From the human T2T-CHM13v2.0 reference genome, Homo sapiens, in NCBI RefSeq assembly GCF_009914755.1, contig NC_060933.1: a stretch of 64,000 nt of DNA; one strand, given 5' to 3'. A program made the position numbers and the translations under genes. A model generated the notes under the pieces. It had not been told where the DNA came from. It did no database searches and saw nothing but the letters and a program-made list of their open reading frames with translations. Of the stretch, positions 40,201-54,849 are shown piece after piece (within the stretch, counting starts at the first letter, position 1; each line of letters starts with the position of its first letter).

Positions 40201-42540
40201 TATTCGAGTGGAATGGAAAGGAATGGAAGCAACCAGAGTGGAATGGAAGGGAATGGAATGGAATGGAAACTAATAGAATGGAATCAACCCGAGTGGAATG
40301 GAATGGAAAGGACTGGAATGGAATGGAATGGAATGGAATCAACTCGATTGTAATGGAATGGAATGGAATGGAATGGAATGGAATGGAATGGAATGGAATT
40401 AACCCGAATACAATGGAATGGAATGGAATGGAACGGAATGGAGTGGAATGGAATGGAATCAACCTGAGTGCAGGGGAATGGAATGGAATGCAATGCAATG
40501 GAATGGAATCATCCGGAATGGAATGGAATGGAATGCAAAGCAATGGAATCAACTCGATTGCAATGGAATGGAAAGGAATGGAAAGGAATACATTGGAATC
40601 AACCCGAGTGGAATGGAATGGAAAGGACTGGAAAGGAGTGGAATGGAATGGAATGGAATGGAATGGAATGCAATGGAATCAAATTGATTGGAATGGAATG
40701 GAATGGAATGGAAAGGACTGGATAGGAGTGGAATGGAATGGAATGGAATGGAATGGAATGCAATGGAATCAAATTGATTGGAATGGAATGGAATGGAATG
40801 GAATGGAATGGAATGGAATGGAATGGAATCAACCCGACTACAGGGGAATGGAATGGAATGGAATGCAATGGAATGGATTCAACTTGAATGGAATGGAAAG
40901 AATGGAATCAACAGGAGTGGAATGGCATGGATTGGAATGGAATGGAATGGAATTAACCCGAGTACAGGGGAATGGAATGGAATGGAATGCAATGGAATGG
41001 AATCATCCATAATGGAATGGAAAGGAATGGAATGGAATGGAATGGAATGGAATGGAATGGAATCAACTCGATTGCAATCGAATGGAATGGAATGGAATTA
41101 ACCCGAATAGAATGGAATAGAATGGAATGGAACGGAACGGAACGGAACGGAATGGAATGGAATGGAATGGAATGGAATCTTCCAGAATGGAATGGAATTG
41201 AATGGAATGGAATGGAATGGAATGGAATGGAATAAACCCGAGTGCAATGGAATGGAGTGGAATGGAATGGAATGGAATGGAACAACCCGAATGGAATGTA
41301 ATGTAATGGAGACTAAGGGAGTTGAATAGAATCAATCCGAATGTAATGGAATGGAATGGAACGGAATGGAATGGAATGGAATGGAATGGAATGGAATGCA
41401 ATGGAATGGAATCAACCCGAGTGCAATGGAATGGAGAGGAATGGAATGGAATGGAATGGAAACTACCCGAATGGAATGGAATGTAATGGAGTGTAAGGGA
41501 ATTGAATAGAATCAATCCGAATGTAATGGAATGGAAAGGAACGGAATGGAATGGAATGGAATGGAATGCAATGGAATGGAATCAACCAGTGTGCAATCGA
41601 ATGGAATCGAATGGAATGGAATGCAATGGAATGGATTCAACTTGAATGGAATGGAAAGAATGGAATCAACACGAGTGGAAGGACATGGATTGGAATGCAA
41701 TGGAATGGAATCAACCCGAGTACAGGGGAATGGAATGGAATGGAATGCAATGGAATGGAATCATCCGTAATGGAATGGAAAGGAATGGAATGGAATGGAA
41801 TGGAATGGAATGGAATGGAATGGAATGGAATGGAATCAACACGATTGCAATCGAATGGAATGGAATGGAATTAACCCGAATAGAATGGAATGGAATGGAA
41901 TGGAACGGAACGGAATGGAATGGAATGGAATGGAATGGAATGGAACGGAACGGAACGGAACGGAATGGAATGGAATGGAATGGCATGGAATGGAATGGAA
42001 TCAACGCGAGTGCAGGGAGATGGAATGGAATGGAATGCAATGGAATGGAATCTTCCGGAATGGAATGGAATGGAATGGAATGGAATGAAATGCAATGGAT
42101 TCAACTCGATTGCAATGGAATGGAATAGAATGGAATGGAATGGAATGGAATGGAATTAACCCGAATAGAATGGAATGGAATGGAATGGAACGGAATGGAA
42201 CGGAATGGAATGGAATGGAATGGAATGGAATGGAATGGAATGGTATGGAATGGAATGGTATGGTACGGAATAGAATGGAATGGAACGAATTGTAATGGAA
42301 TGGAATTGAATGGAATGGAATGGAATGGAATGGAATCAACGCGAGTGCAGGGGAATGTAATGGAACGGAATGCAATGGAATGGAATCATCCGGAATGGAA
42401 TGGAATGGAATGGAATGGAATGGAATCAACCCGAGTGCAATGGAATGGAGTGGAATGGAATGGAATGGAATGGAATAACCCGAATGGAATGGAATGTAAT
42501 GGAGAGTAAGGGAGTTGTATAGAATCAATCCGAATGTAAT
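37250..42540 (+). repeat. ~2.65-kb tandem duplication
   Basis: TAGGAGGG 37538/40189 (2651). Shared words GGAAGCAACCAGAG, CAAATTGATTGG, CAACCAGTGTGCAA (~39047/~41583), GCAGGGAGATGG, GAGACTAAGGGAGTTG. Confidence 0.83.
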
Positions 42541-42739
42541 GGAATGGAATGCAACGGAATGGAATCGAATGGAATGCAATGCAAAGGAATGGAATCAACC
42601 CGAGTGGAATGGAATGGAATGGAATGGAATCGAATGGAATGGAATGGAATGGAATCAACCCGATTGCAATGGAATGGATTCGAATGGAATGGAATGGAGT
42701 GGAATGGATTCTACCCGAATGGAATGGAAAGGAATGGAA

Positions 42740-45700
42740 TCAACCCGAGTGGAATGGCATGGAATGGAATGGAATGGAATGGAATGGAATGGAATGGAAT
42801 GGTTCGGAATAGAATGGATTGGAACAAAAAGGAATGGAATGGAATGGAATGGAATGGAATGGAATGGAATGGAATGGAATCAAGTCGATTGCAATGTAAT
42901 AGAATGGAATGGAATGGAACGGATTGGAATGGAATGGAATGGAATGGAATGGAATTAAATGGAATGGAATGGAATGGAATCAACCCGAGTGAAGGGGAAA
43001 GGAATGGAATGGAATGCAATGGAAAGGAATGGAATGGACTGGAATGGAATGGAATGGAATCAACCCGAGTGGAATGGCATGGAATGGAATGCAATGGAAT
43101 GGAATGGAATGGAATCAACTCGAGTGGAAAGGAATGGAATGAAATGGAAAGCAATGGAATGAAATCAACTCGAGTGGAATGGAATGGAATGGAATGGATT
43201 GGAATGGATTGCAATGGAATGAAATGGAATGGAATGGAATGGAATCAATCATTCCGAGTGGAATGGAAGGGAATGTAATGGAGTGGAAAGAAGGGAATGG
43301 AATCAACCCGAGTGGAATGCAAGGCAATGGAATGAAATGGAAAGGAATGGAATGTAATCAACTCGATTACAATGGAATGGAATGGAATGAAATGGAATGG
43401 AAAGGAATGGAATGGAATGAAATGGAATGGAATGGAGTGCAATGGAATGGAATCAACCCGAGTGCAATCGAATGGAATCGAATGGAATGGAATGCAATGG
43501 AATGGATTCAACTTGAATGGAATGGAAAGAATGGAATCAACACAAGTGGAATGGCATGGATTGGAATGGAATGGAATGGAATCAACCCGAGTACAGGGGA
43601 ATGGAATGGAATGGAATGCAATGGAATGGAATCATCCGTAATGGAATGGAAAGGAATGGAATGGAATGGAATGGAATGGAATGGAATGGAATGGAATGGA
43701 ATGGAATCAACTCGATTGCAATCGAATGGAATGGAATGGAATTAACCCGAATAGAATGGAATGGAATGGAATGGAACGGAACGGAACGGAACGGAACGGA
43801 ATGGAATGGAATGGAATGGAACGGAAAGGAATGGAATTGAATGGAATGGAATGGAATGGAATGCAATCAACGCGAGTGCAGGGGAATGGAATGTAATGGA
43901 ATGTAATGGAATGGAATCTTCCGGAATGGAATGGAATGGAATGGAATCAACCCGAGTGCAATGGAATGGAGTGGAATGGAATGGAATGGAATGGAACAAC
44001 CAGAATGGAATCGAATGTAATGGAGAGTAAGGGAGTTGAATAGAATCAATCCGAATGTAATGGAATGGAATGGAACGGAATGGAATTGAATGGAATGGAA
44101 TGGAATGCAATGGAATGGAATCAACCCGAGTGCAATGGAATGGAGAGGAATGGAATGGAATGGAGTGGAAACTACACGAATGGAATGGAATGTAATGAAG
44201 TGTAAGGGAATTGAATAGAATCAATCCGAATGTAATGGAATGGAATGGAACGGAATGGAATGGAATGGAATGGAATGGAATGGAATGGAATGCAATGGAA
44301 TGGAATCAACCCAAGTGCAATCGAATGGAATCGAATGCAATGGACTGCAATGGAATGGATTCAACTTGAATGGAACGGAAAGAATGGAATCAACACGAGT
44401 GGAATGGCATGGATTGGAATGGAATGGAATGGAATCAACCCGAGGACAGGGGAATGGAATGGAATGGAATGCAATGGAATGGAATCATCCGTAATGCAAT
44501 GGAAAGGAATGGAATGGAATGGAATGGAATGGAATGGAATGGAATCAACTCGATTGCAATCGAATGGAATGGAATGGAATTAACCCGAATAGAATGGAAT
44601 GGAATGGAATGGAATGGAATAGAATGGAACGGAACGGAATGGAATGGAATGGAATGGAATGGAATGGAATCAATGCGAGTGCAGGGGAATGGAATGGAAT
44701 GGAATGCAATGGAATGGAATCTTCCGGAAAGGAATGGAATGGAATGAAATGCAATGGATACAACTCGATTACAATGGAATGGAATAGAATGGAATGGAAT
44801 GGAATGGAATGGAATGGAATTAACCCGAATAGAATGGAATGGAATGCAATGGAACGGAATGGAACGGAATGGAATGGAATGGAATGGAATGGAATGGGAT
44901 GGAATGGAATGGAATGGTACGGAATAGAATGGAATGGAACGAATGGTAATGGAATGGAATTGAATGGAATGGAATGGAATCAACGCGAGTGCAGGGGAAT
45001 GTATTGGAACGGAATGCAATGGAATGGAATCATCCGGAATGGAATGGAATGGAATGGAATGGAATCAACCCGAGTGCAATGGAATGGAGTGGAATGGAAT
45101 GGAATGGAATGGAACAACCCGAATGGAATGGAATGTAATGGAGAGTAAGGGAGTTGAATAGAATCAATCCGAATGTAATGGAATGGAAAGCAACGGAATG
45201 GAATGGAATGGAATGGAATGGAATGCAATGGAATGGAATCAACCCGAGTACAATGGAATGGAATGGAATGGAATGGAATGGAATGGAATGGAATGGAATG
45301 GAATGGAATGGAATGGAATGCCTTCAAACCGAATGGAATGGAAAGGAATGGAATCAACACGAGTGGAATGGAATGGAATGGAATGGAATGGAATGGAATG
45401 GAATGGAATGATACGGAATAGAATGGAATGGAACGGAATGGAATGGAATGGAATGGAATGGAATGGAATAGAATGGAATCGTTCCGAGTGGAATAGGAGG
45501 GAATGTATTCGAGTGGAATGGAAAGGAATGGAATCAACCAGTGTGGAATGGAAGGGAATGGAATGGAATGGAAACTAATAGAATGGAATCAACCCGAGTG
45601 GAATGGAATGGAAAGGACTGGAATGGAACGCAATGGAATGGAATGGAATGGAATGGAATGGAATCAACTCGATTGAAATGGAATGGAATGGAATGGAATG

Positions 45701-46300
45701 GAATGGAATGGAATGGAATTAACCCGAATACAATGGAATGGAATGGAATGGAACGGAATGGAGTGCAATGGAATGGAATCAACCCGAGTGCAGGGGAATG
45801 GAATGGAATGGAATGCAATGGAATGGAATCATCCGGAATGGAATGGAATGGAATGGAATGCAAAGCAATGGAATCAACTCGATTGCAATGGAATGGAATG
45901 GAATGGAAAGGAATACATTGGAATCAACCCGAGTGGAATGGAATGGAAAGGACTGGAATGGAGTGGAATGGAATGGAATGGAATGGAATGGAATGGAATC
46001 AACTCGATTGGAATGGAATGGAATGGAATGGAATGGAATGGAATGGAATTAACCCGAATAGAATGGAATGGAACGGAACGGAATGGAATGGAATGGAATG
46101 GAATGGAATGGAATGGAATGGAATGGAATCAACCCGACTGCAGGGGCATGGAATAGAATGGAATGCAATGGAATGGATTCATCTTGAATGGAATGGAAAT
46201 AATGGAATCAACACGAGTGGAATGGCATGGATTGGAATGGAATGGAATGGAATCAACCCGAGTACAGGGGAATGGAATGGAATGGAATGCAATGGAATGG
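42740..46300 (+). repeat. Second copy of the ~3.5-kb block at ~30010-33540
   Basis: Same ordered private markers at offsets of 12,718-12,753 bp, with more substitutions than the 14.1-kb pair. Confidence 0.8.
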
Positions 46301-49300
46301 AATCATCCGTAGTGGAATGGAAAGGAATGGAATGGAATGGAATGGAATGGAATGGAATGGAATGGAATGGAATCAACTCGATTGCAATCGAATGGAATGG
46401 AATGGAATTAACCCGAATAGAATGGAATGGAATGGAATGGAACGGAACGGAACGGAACGGAACGGAACGGAATGGAATGGAATGGAATGGAATGGAACGG
46501 AAAGGAATGGAATGGAATGGAATGGAATGGAATGGAATGGAATGGAATCAACGCGAGTGCAGGGGAATGGAATGGAATGGAATGCAATGGAATGGAATCT
46601 TCCGGAATGGAATGGAATGGAAGGGAATGGAATGGAATGGAATGGAATGGAATAAACCCGAGTGCAATGGAATGGAGTGGAATGGAATGGAATGGAATGG
46701 AACAAGCCTAATGGAATGGAATGGAATGGAGAGTAAGGGAGTTGAATAGAGTCAATCCGAATGTAAAGGAATGGAATGGAACGGAATGGAATTGAATGGA
46801 ATGGAATGGAATGCAATGGAATGCAATCAACCCGAGTGCAATGGAATGGAGAGGAATGGAATGGAATGGAATGGAATGGAATGGAATGGGATCAACTCGA
46901 TTGCAATCGAATGGAATGGAATGGAATTAACCCGAATAGAATGGAATGGAATGGAATGGAAAGGAACGGAATGGAATGGAATGGAATGGAATGGAATGGA
47001 ATCAAAGCGAGTGCAGGGGAATGGCATGGAATGGAATGCAATGGAATGGAATCTTCCGGAATGGAATGGAATGGAAGGGAATGAAATGCAATGGATTCAA
47101 CTCGATTGCAATGGAATGGAATAGAATGGAATGGAATGGAATGGAATGGGATTAACCCGAATAGAATGGAATGGATTGGAATGGAACGGAATGGAACGCA
47201 ATGGAATGGAATGGAATGGAATGGAATCGAATGGAATGGTATGGAATGGAATGGAATGGTACGGAATAGAATGGAATGGAACGAATTGTAATGGAATGGA
47301 ATTGAATGGAAAGGAATGGAATGGAATGGAATCAACGCGAGTGCAGGGGAATGTAATGGAACGGAATGCAATGGAATGGAATCATCCGGAATGGAATGGA
47401 ATGGAATGGAATGGAATGGAATGGAATCAACCCGAGTGCAATAGAATGGAGTGGAATGGAATGGAATGGAATGGAACAACCCGAATGGAATGGAATGTAA
47501 TGGAGAGTAAGGGAGTTGAATAGAATCAATGCGAATGTAATGGAATGGAATGCAACGGAATGGAATGGAATGGAATGGAATGGAATGGAATGGAATGCAA
47601 AGCAATGGAATCAACTCGATTGCAATGGAATGGAAAGGAATGGAAAGGAATACATTGGAATCAACCCGAGTGGAATGGAATGGAAAGGACTGGAATGGAG
47701 TGGAATGGAATGGAATGGAATGGAATGGAATGGAATGGAATGGAATCAAATTGATTGGAATGGAATGGAATGGAATGGAATGGAATGGAATGGAATTAAC
47801 CCGAATAGAAAGGAATGGAATGGAATGGAACGGAACGGAATGGAATGGAATGGAATGGAATGGAATGGAATGGAATGGAATGGAATCAACCTGACTGCAG
47901 GGGAACGGAATGGAATGGAATGCAATGGAATGGATTCAACTTGAATGGAATGGAAAGAATGGAATCAACACGAGTGGAATGGCATGGATTGGAATGGAAT
48001 GGAATGGAATCAACCCGAGTACAGGGGAATGGAATGGAATGGAATGCAATCGTATGGAATCATCCGTAATGGAATGGAAAGGAAAGGAATGGAATGGAAT
48101 GTAATGGAATGGAATGGAATGGAATCAACTCGATTGCAATCGAATGGAATGGAATGGAATTAACCCGAATAGAATGGAATAGAATGGAATGGAACGGAAC
48201 GGAACGGAATGGAATGGAATGGAATGGAATGGAATGGAATGGAACGGAAAGGAATGGAATGGAATGGAATGGAATGGAATGGAATGGAATGGAATGGAAT
48301 CAACGCGAGTGCAGGGAAATGGAATGGAATGGAATGCAATGGAATGGAATCTTCCAGAATGGAATTGAATTGAATGGAATGGAATGGAATGGAATGGAAT
48401 GGAATGGTATGGAATGGAATGGAATGGTACGGAATAGAAAGGAATGGAACGAATTGGAATGGAATGGAATCGAATGGAATGGAATGGAATGGAATCGTTC
48501 CGAGTGGAATAGGAGGGAATGTATTCGAGTGGAATGGAAACGAATGGAATCAACCAGAGTGGAATGGAAGGGAATGGAATGGAATGGAAACTAATAGAAT
48601 GGAATCAACCCGAGTGGAATGGAATGGAAAGGATTGGAATGGAAAGGAATGGAATGGAATCAACTCGATTCCATTGGAATGGAATGGAATAGAACGGAAT
48701 GGAATTAACACGAATAGAATGGAATGGAATGGAATGGAACGGAATGGAATGGAATGGAATGGATTCAACTCGATTGAATGGAATGAAATAGAATGGAATG
48801 GAATGGAATGGAATGGAATTAACCCGAATAGAATGGAATGGAATGGAATGGAATGGAATGGAATGGAATAGAATGGAATGGAATCAACCTGAGTGCAGGG
48901 GAATGGAATGGAATGGAATGCAATGGAATGGAATCATCAGGAATGGAATGGAATGGAATGGAATGGAATGCAATGGAATGGAATGGAATGGAATCAACTC
49001 GATTTCAATGGAATGGAATGGAATAGAATGGAATGGAATTAACAGGAATATAATGGATTGGAATGGAATGGAATGGAACGGAAAGGAATGGAATGGAATG
49101 GAATGGAATCAACCCAAGTGCAGGGGAATGGAATGGAATGGAATTCAGTGGAATGCAATCATCCGGAATGGAATGGAATGGAATGGCATGGAATGGAATG
49201 GAATCAACCCGAGTTCAATGGAATGGAGAGGAAAGGATTGGAATGGAATGGAAACTACCCGAATGGAATGGAATGTAATGGAGTGTATTTGAATTGAATA

Positions 49301-50569
49301 GAATCAATCCGAATGTAATGGAATGGAATGGAACAGAATGGAATGAAATGGAATGGAATGGAATGGAATGGAATGGAATGGAATGGAAAGCAATGGAATG
49401 GATTCAACACGAGTGCAATCGAATGGAATCGAATGGAATGGAATGCAATGGAATGGATTCAACTTGAATGGAATGGAAAGAATGGAATCAACACGAGTGG
49501 AATGGCATGGATTGGAATGGAATGGAATGGAATCAACCCGATTACAGAGGAATGGAATGGAATGGAATGGAATGCAATGGAATGGAACGGAACGGAATGG
49601 AATGGAAAGGAATGGAATGGAATGGAATGGACTGGAATGGAATCAACGCGAGTGCAGTGGAATGGAATGGAACGGAATGCAATGGAATGGAATCATCCGG
49701 AATGGAATGGAATGGAATGGAAGCAACCCGAGTGCAATGGAATGGAGTGGAATGGAATGGAATGGAATGGAACAACCCGAATGGAATGGAATGTAATGGA
49801 GAGTAAGGGAGTTGAATAGAATCAATCCGAATGTAATGGAATGGAATGGAACAGAATGGAATGGAATGGAATGGAATGGAATGGAATGCAATGGAATTGA
49901 ATCAACCCGAGTGCAATGGAATGGAATGGAATGGAATGGAAAGGAAAGGAATGGAATGGAATGCAATGGAATGGAATCAACCCGCGTACAATGGAAAGGA
50001 ATGGAATGGAATGGAATGGAAAGGAATGGAATGCAATGCAATGGATTCAACTCGATTGCAATGGAATGGAATAGAATGGAATGGAATGGAATGGAATGGA
50101 ATTAACCCAAATAGTATGGAATGGAATGGAATGGTAAGCAATGGAATGGAATGGAATGGAATGGAATGGAATGGAATGGAATGGAATGGTATGGAATGGA
50201 ATGGAATGGAATGGTACGGAATAGAATGGAATGGAAAGAATTGGAATGCAATGGAATCGAATGGAATGGAATGCAATGGAATAGAATCAACCCGAGTGCA
50301 GGGGAATGAAATGGAATGGAATGCAATGGAATGGAATCATCCGAAATGGAATGGAATGGAATGGAATGGAATGGAATGGAATCAACCCGAGTGCAATGGA
50401 ATGGAGTGGAATGGAATGGAATGGAATGGAACAACCCGAATGGAATGGAATGTATTGGAGAGTAAGGGAGTTGAATAGAATCAATCCGCATGTAATGGAA
50501 TGCAATAGAACGGAATGGAATGGAATGGAATGGAATGCAATGGAATGGAATGGAATGGAATGGAATGGA

Positions 50570-51240
50570 AAGGAACTGAATGGAATGGAATGACTTCAAA
50601 CCGAATGGAATGGAATGGAATGGAATGGTACGGAATAGAATGGAATGGAACGAAATGGAATGGAATGGAATGGAATGGAATGGTATGGAATGGAATGGAA
50701 TGGAATCGTTCCGAGTGGAATAGGAGGGAATGTATTCGAGTGGAATGGAAAGGAATGGAATCAACCAGAGTGGAATGGAAGGGAATGGAATGGAATGGAA
50801 ACTAATAGAGTGGAATCAACCCGAGTGGAATGGAATGGAAAGGACTGAATGGAATGGAATGGAATGGAATGGAATGGAATGGAAAGGAATTGAATGGAAT
50901 GGAATGACTTCAAACCGAATGGAATGGAAAGGAATGGAATCAACACGAGTGGAATGGAATGGAATGGAATGGAGTGGAATCGTACGGAATAGAATGGAAT
51001 GGAACGAAATGCAATGGAATGGAATGGAATGGAATGGAAAGGAATGGAATCGTTCCGAGTGGAATAGGAGGGAATGTATTCGAGTGGAATGGAATGGAAT
51101 GGAATCAACCAGCGTGGAATAGAAGGGAATGGAATTGAATGGAAACTAATAGAATGGAATCAACCCGAGTGGAATGGAATGGAAAGGACTGAATGGAATG
51201 GAATGGAATGGAATGGAATGGAATGGAATCAACTCGATTG
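50570..51240 (+). repeat. ~0.34-kb tandem duplication
   Basis: GACTTCAAACCGA ~50592/~50906, TAGGAGGG 50721/51065, and a shared 1-bp deletion AGGACTGAATGG ~50841/~51185. Confidence 0.78.
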
Positions 51241-54200
51241 TAATGGAATGGAATGTTATGGAATGGAATGGAATGGAATGGAATTAACCCGAATACAATG
51301 GAATGGAATGGAATGGAACGGAATGGAGTGGAATGGAATGGAATCAACCCGAGAGCAGGGGAATGGAAAGGAATGGAATGCAATGGAAAGGAATCATCCG
51401 GAATGGAATGGAAAGGAATAAAATGGAATCAACCCGAGTGGAATGGAATGGAAAGGACTGGAATGGAGTGCAATGAAATGGAATGGAATGGAATGGAATG
51501 GAATGGAATGGAATTAACCCGAATAGAATGGAATGGAATGGAATGGAACGGAATGGAATGGAATGGAATGGAATGGAATGGAATCAACCCGACTGCAGGG
51601 GAATGGAATGGAATGGAATGCAATGGAATGGAATCTTCCGGAACGGAATGGAATGGAATGGAATGGAATCAACTCGATTGCAATGGAATGGAATGGAATG
51701 GAATGGAATTAACCCGAATAGAATGGAATGGAATGGAATGGAATGGAAAGGAATGGAAGGGAATGGAATGGAATGTAATCAACCCGAGTGCAGGGAAATG
51801 GAATGGAATGGAATGCAATGGAATGGAATCACCCGGAATGGAATGGAATGGAATGGAATGCAATCAACCCGATGCAACGGAATGGAGTGGAATGGAATGG
51901 AATGGAATGGAATGGAATCAACTCGATTGCAATCGAATGGAATAGAATGGAATGGAATCAACTCGATTGCAATCGAATGGAATGGAATGGAATTAACCCG
52001 AATAGAATGGAATGGAATGGAATGGAACGGAACGGAACGGAACGGAATGGAATGGAATGTAATGGAATGGAATGGAACGGAACGGAGCGGAACGGAATGG
52101 AATGGAATAGAATGGAATGGAATGGAATGGAATTAACGCGAGTGCAGGGGAATGGAATGGAATGGAATGAAATGGAATGGAATCTTCCGGAATGGAATGG
52201 AATGGAATGGAATGGAATGGAATGGAATGGAATCATCCGTAATGGAATGGAAAGGAATGGAATGGAATGGAATGGAATCAACTCGACTGCAATCGAATGG
52301 AATGGAATGGAATTAACCCGAATAGAATGCAATGGAATGGAGTGGAACGGAACGGAACTGAACGGAATGGAATGGAATGAAATGGAATGGAATGGAACGG
52401 AACGGATCAGAACGGAACGGAACGGAATGGAATGGAATGGAATGGAATGAAATGGAATGGAATGGAATGGAATGGAATGGAATGAAATGGAATGGAATGG
52501 AATGGAATGGAATCAACGCGAGTGCAGGGTAATGGAATGGAATGGAATGCAATGGAATGGAATCTTCCGGAATGGAATGGAATGGAATGGAATGGAATGG
52601 AATGCAATGGATTCAACTCGATTGCAATGGAATTCAATAGAATGGAATGGAATGGAATGGAATGGAATTAAACCGAATAGAATGGAATGGAATGGAATGG
52701 AACGGAACGGAACGGAATGGAATGGAATGGAATGGAATGGAATGGAATGGAATTGTATGGAATGGAATGCAATTGTACGGAATAGAATGGAATGGAAATT
52801 ATTAGAAAGGAATGGAATCGAATGGAATGGAATGGAATGGAATGGAATCAACCTGAGTACAGGGGAATGTAATGGAACGGAATGCAATGGAATGGAATCA
52901 TCCGGAATGGAACGGAATGGAATGGAATGGAATGGAATGCAATGGAATGGAATCAACCCGAGTACAATGGAATGGAATGGAATGGAATGGAATGGAATGG
53001 AATGGAATGGAATGGAATGGAATCAACCCGAGTGCGATGGAATGGAGAGGAATGGAATGGAATGGAATGGAAACTACCCGAATGTAATGGAATGTAATGG
53101 AGTGTAAGGGAATTGAATAGAATCAATCCGAATGGAATGGAATGGAATGGAACGGAATGGAATGGAAGGGAATGGAATGGAATCAACCCGAGTGCAGGGG
53201 AATGGAATGGAATGGAATGCAATGGAATGGAATCATCCGAAATGGAATGGAATGGAATGGAATGGAATGGAATGGAATGGAATGGAATGGTACGGAATAG
53301 AATGGAATGGAACGAAATGGAATGGAATGGAATGGAATGGAATGGAATGGAATGGAATGGAATCAACTCGATTGCAATCGAATGGAATGGAATGGAATTA
53401 ACCCGAATAGAATGGAATGGAAGGGAATGGAACGGAACGGAATAGAATGGAATGGAATGGAATGGAATGGAACGGAAAGGAATGGAATGGAATGGAATGG
53501 AATGGAATGGAATGGAATGGAATGGAATCAACGCGAGTGCAGGGGAATGGAATGGAATCAAATGGAATGGAATGGAATCAACCGGAGTGCAGGGGAATGT
53601 AATGGAACGGAATGCAATGGAATGGAAACATCCGGAATGGAATGGAATGGAATGGAATGGAATGGAATGGAATGGAATGGAGTGGAACAACCCGAATGGA
53701 ATGGAATGTAATGGAGAGTAAGGGAGTTGAATAGAATCAATCCGAATATAATGGAATGGAATGGAACGGAATGGAATGGAATGGAATGGAATGGAATGGA
53801 ATGGAATGGAATCAACCCGAGTACAATGGAATGGAATGGAATGGAATGGAATGGAATGGAATGGAATGGAATGGAATGGAATGGAATGGAATGGAAATGA
53901 ATGGAATGGAATCAAGCCAAGTGCAATGGAATGCAGAGGAATGGAATGGAAAGGAATGGAATGGAAAGCAATTGAATGGAATGGAATGACTTCAAACAGA
54001 ATGGAATGGAAAGGAATGGAATCAACACGAGTGGAACGGAATGGAATGGAATGGAGTGGTATGGAATGGAATGGAATGGAACAACCCGAATGGAATGGAA
54101 TGTAATGGAGAGTAAGGGAGTTGAATAGAATCAATCCGAATGTAATGGAATGGAATGCAACGAAATGGAATGGAATGGAATGCAATGGAATGGAATGCAA

Positions 54201-54849
54201 AGGAATGGAATCAACCGGAGTGGAATGGCATGGAATGGAATGCAATGGATTGGAATGGAATGGAATCAACTCGAGTGGAAAGGAATGGAATGGAATGGAA
54301 AGGAATGGAATGAAGTCAACTCGAGTGGAATGGAATGGAATGGAATGGATTGGAATGGATTGCAATGGAATGAAATGGAATGGAATGGAATGGAATCAAC
54401 CATTCCGAGTGGAATGGAAGGGAATGTAATGGAGTGGAAAGAAGGGAATGGAATCAACCCGAGTGGAATGCAAGGCAATGGAATGGAATGGAAAGGAATG
54501 GAATGGAATCAACTCGATTGCAATGGAATGGAATGGAATGGAATGGAATGGAATGGAATGGAATGGAATTAACCGGAATAGAATGGAATGGAATGGAATG
54601 GAACGGAATGGAATGGAATGGAAGGGAATGGAATCAACACGAGTGCAGGGGAATGGAATGGAATGGAATGCAATGGAATGGAATCATCCGGAATGGAAAG
54701 GAATGGAATGGAATCAACTCCATTGCAATGGAATGGAATGGAATGGAATGGAATAGAATGGAATGGAATTAACCCGAATAGAATGGAATGCAATAGAATG
54801 GAATGCAACGGAACCGAATGTAGTGGAATGGAATGGAATGGAATCAACC

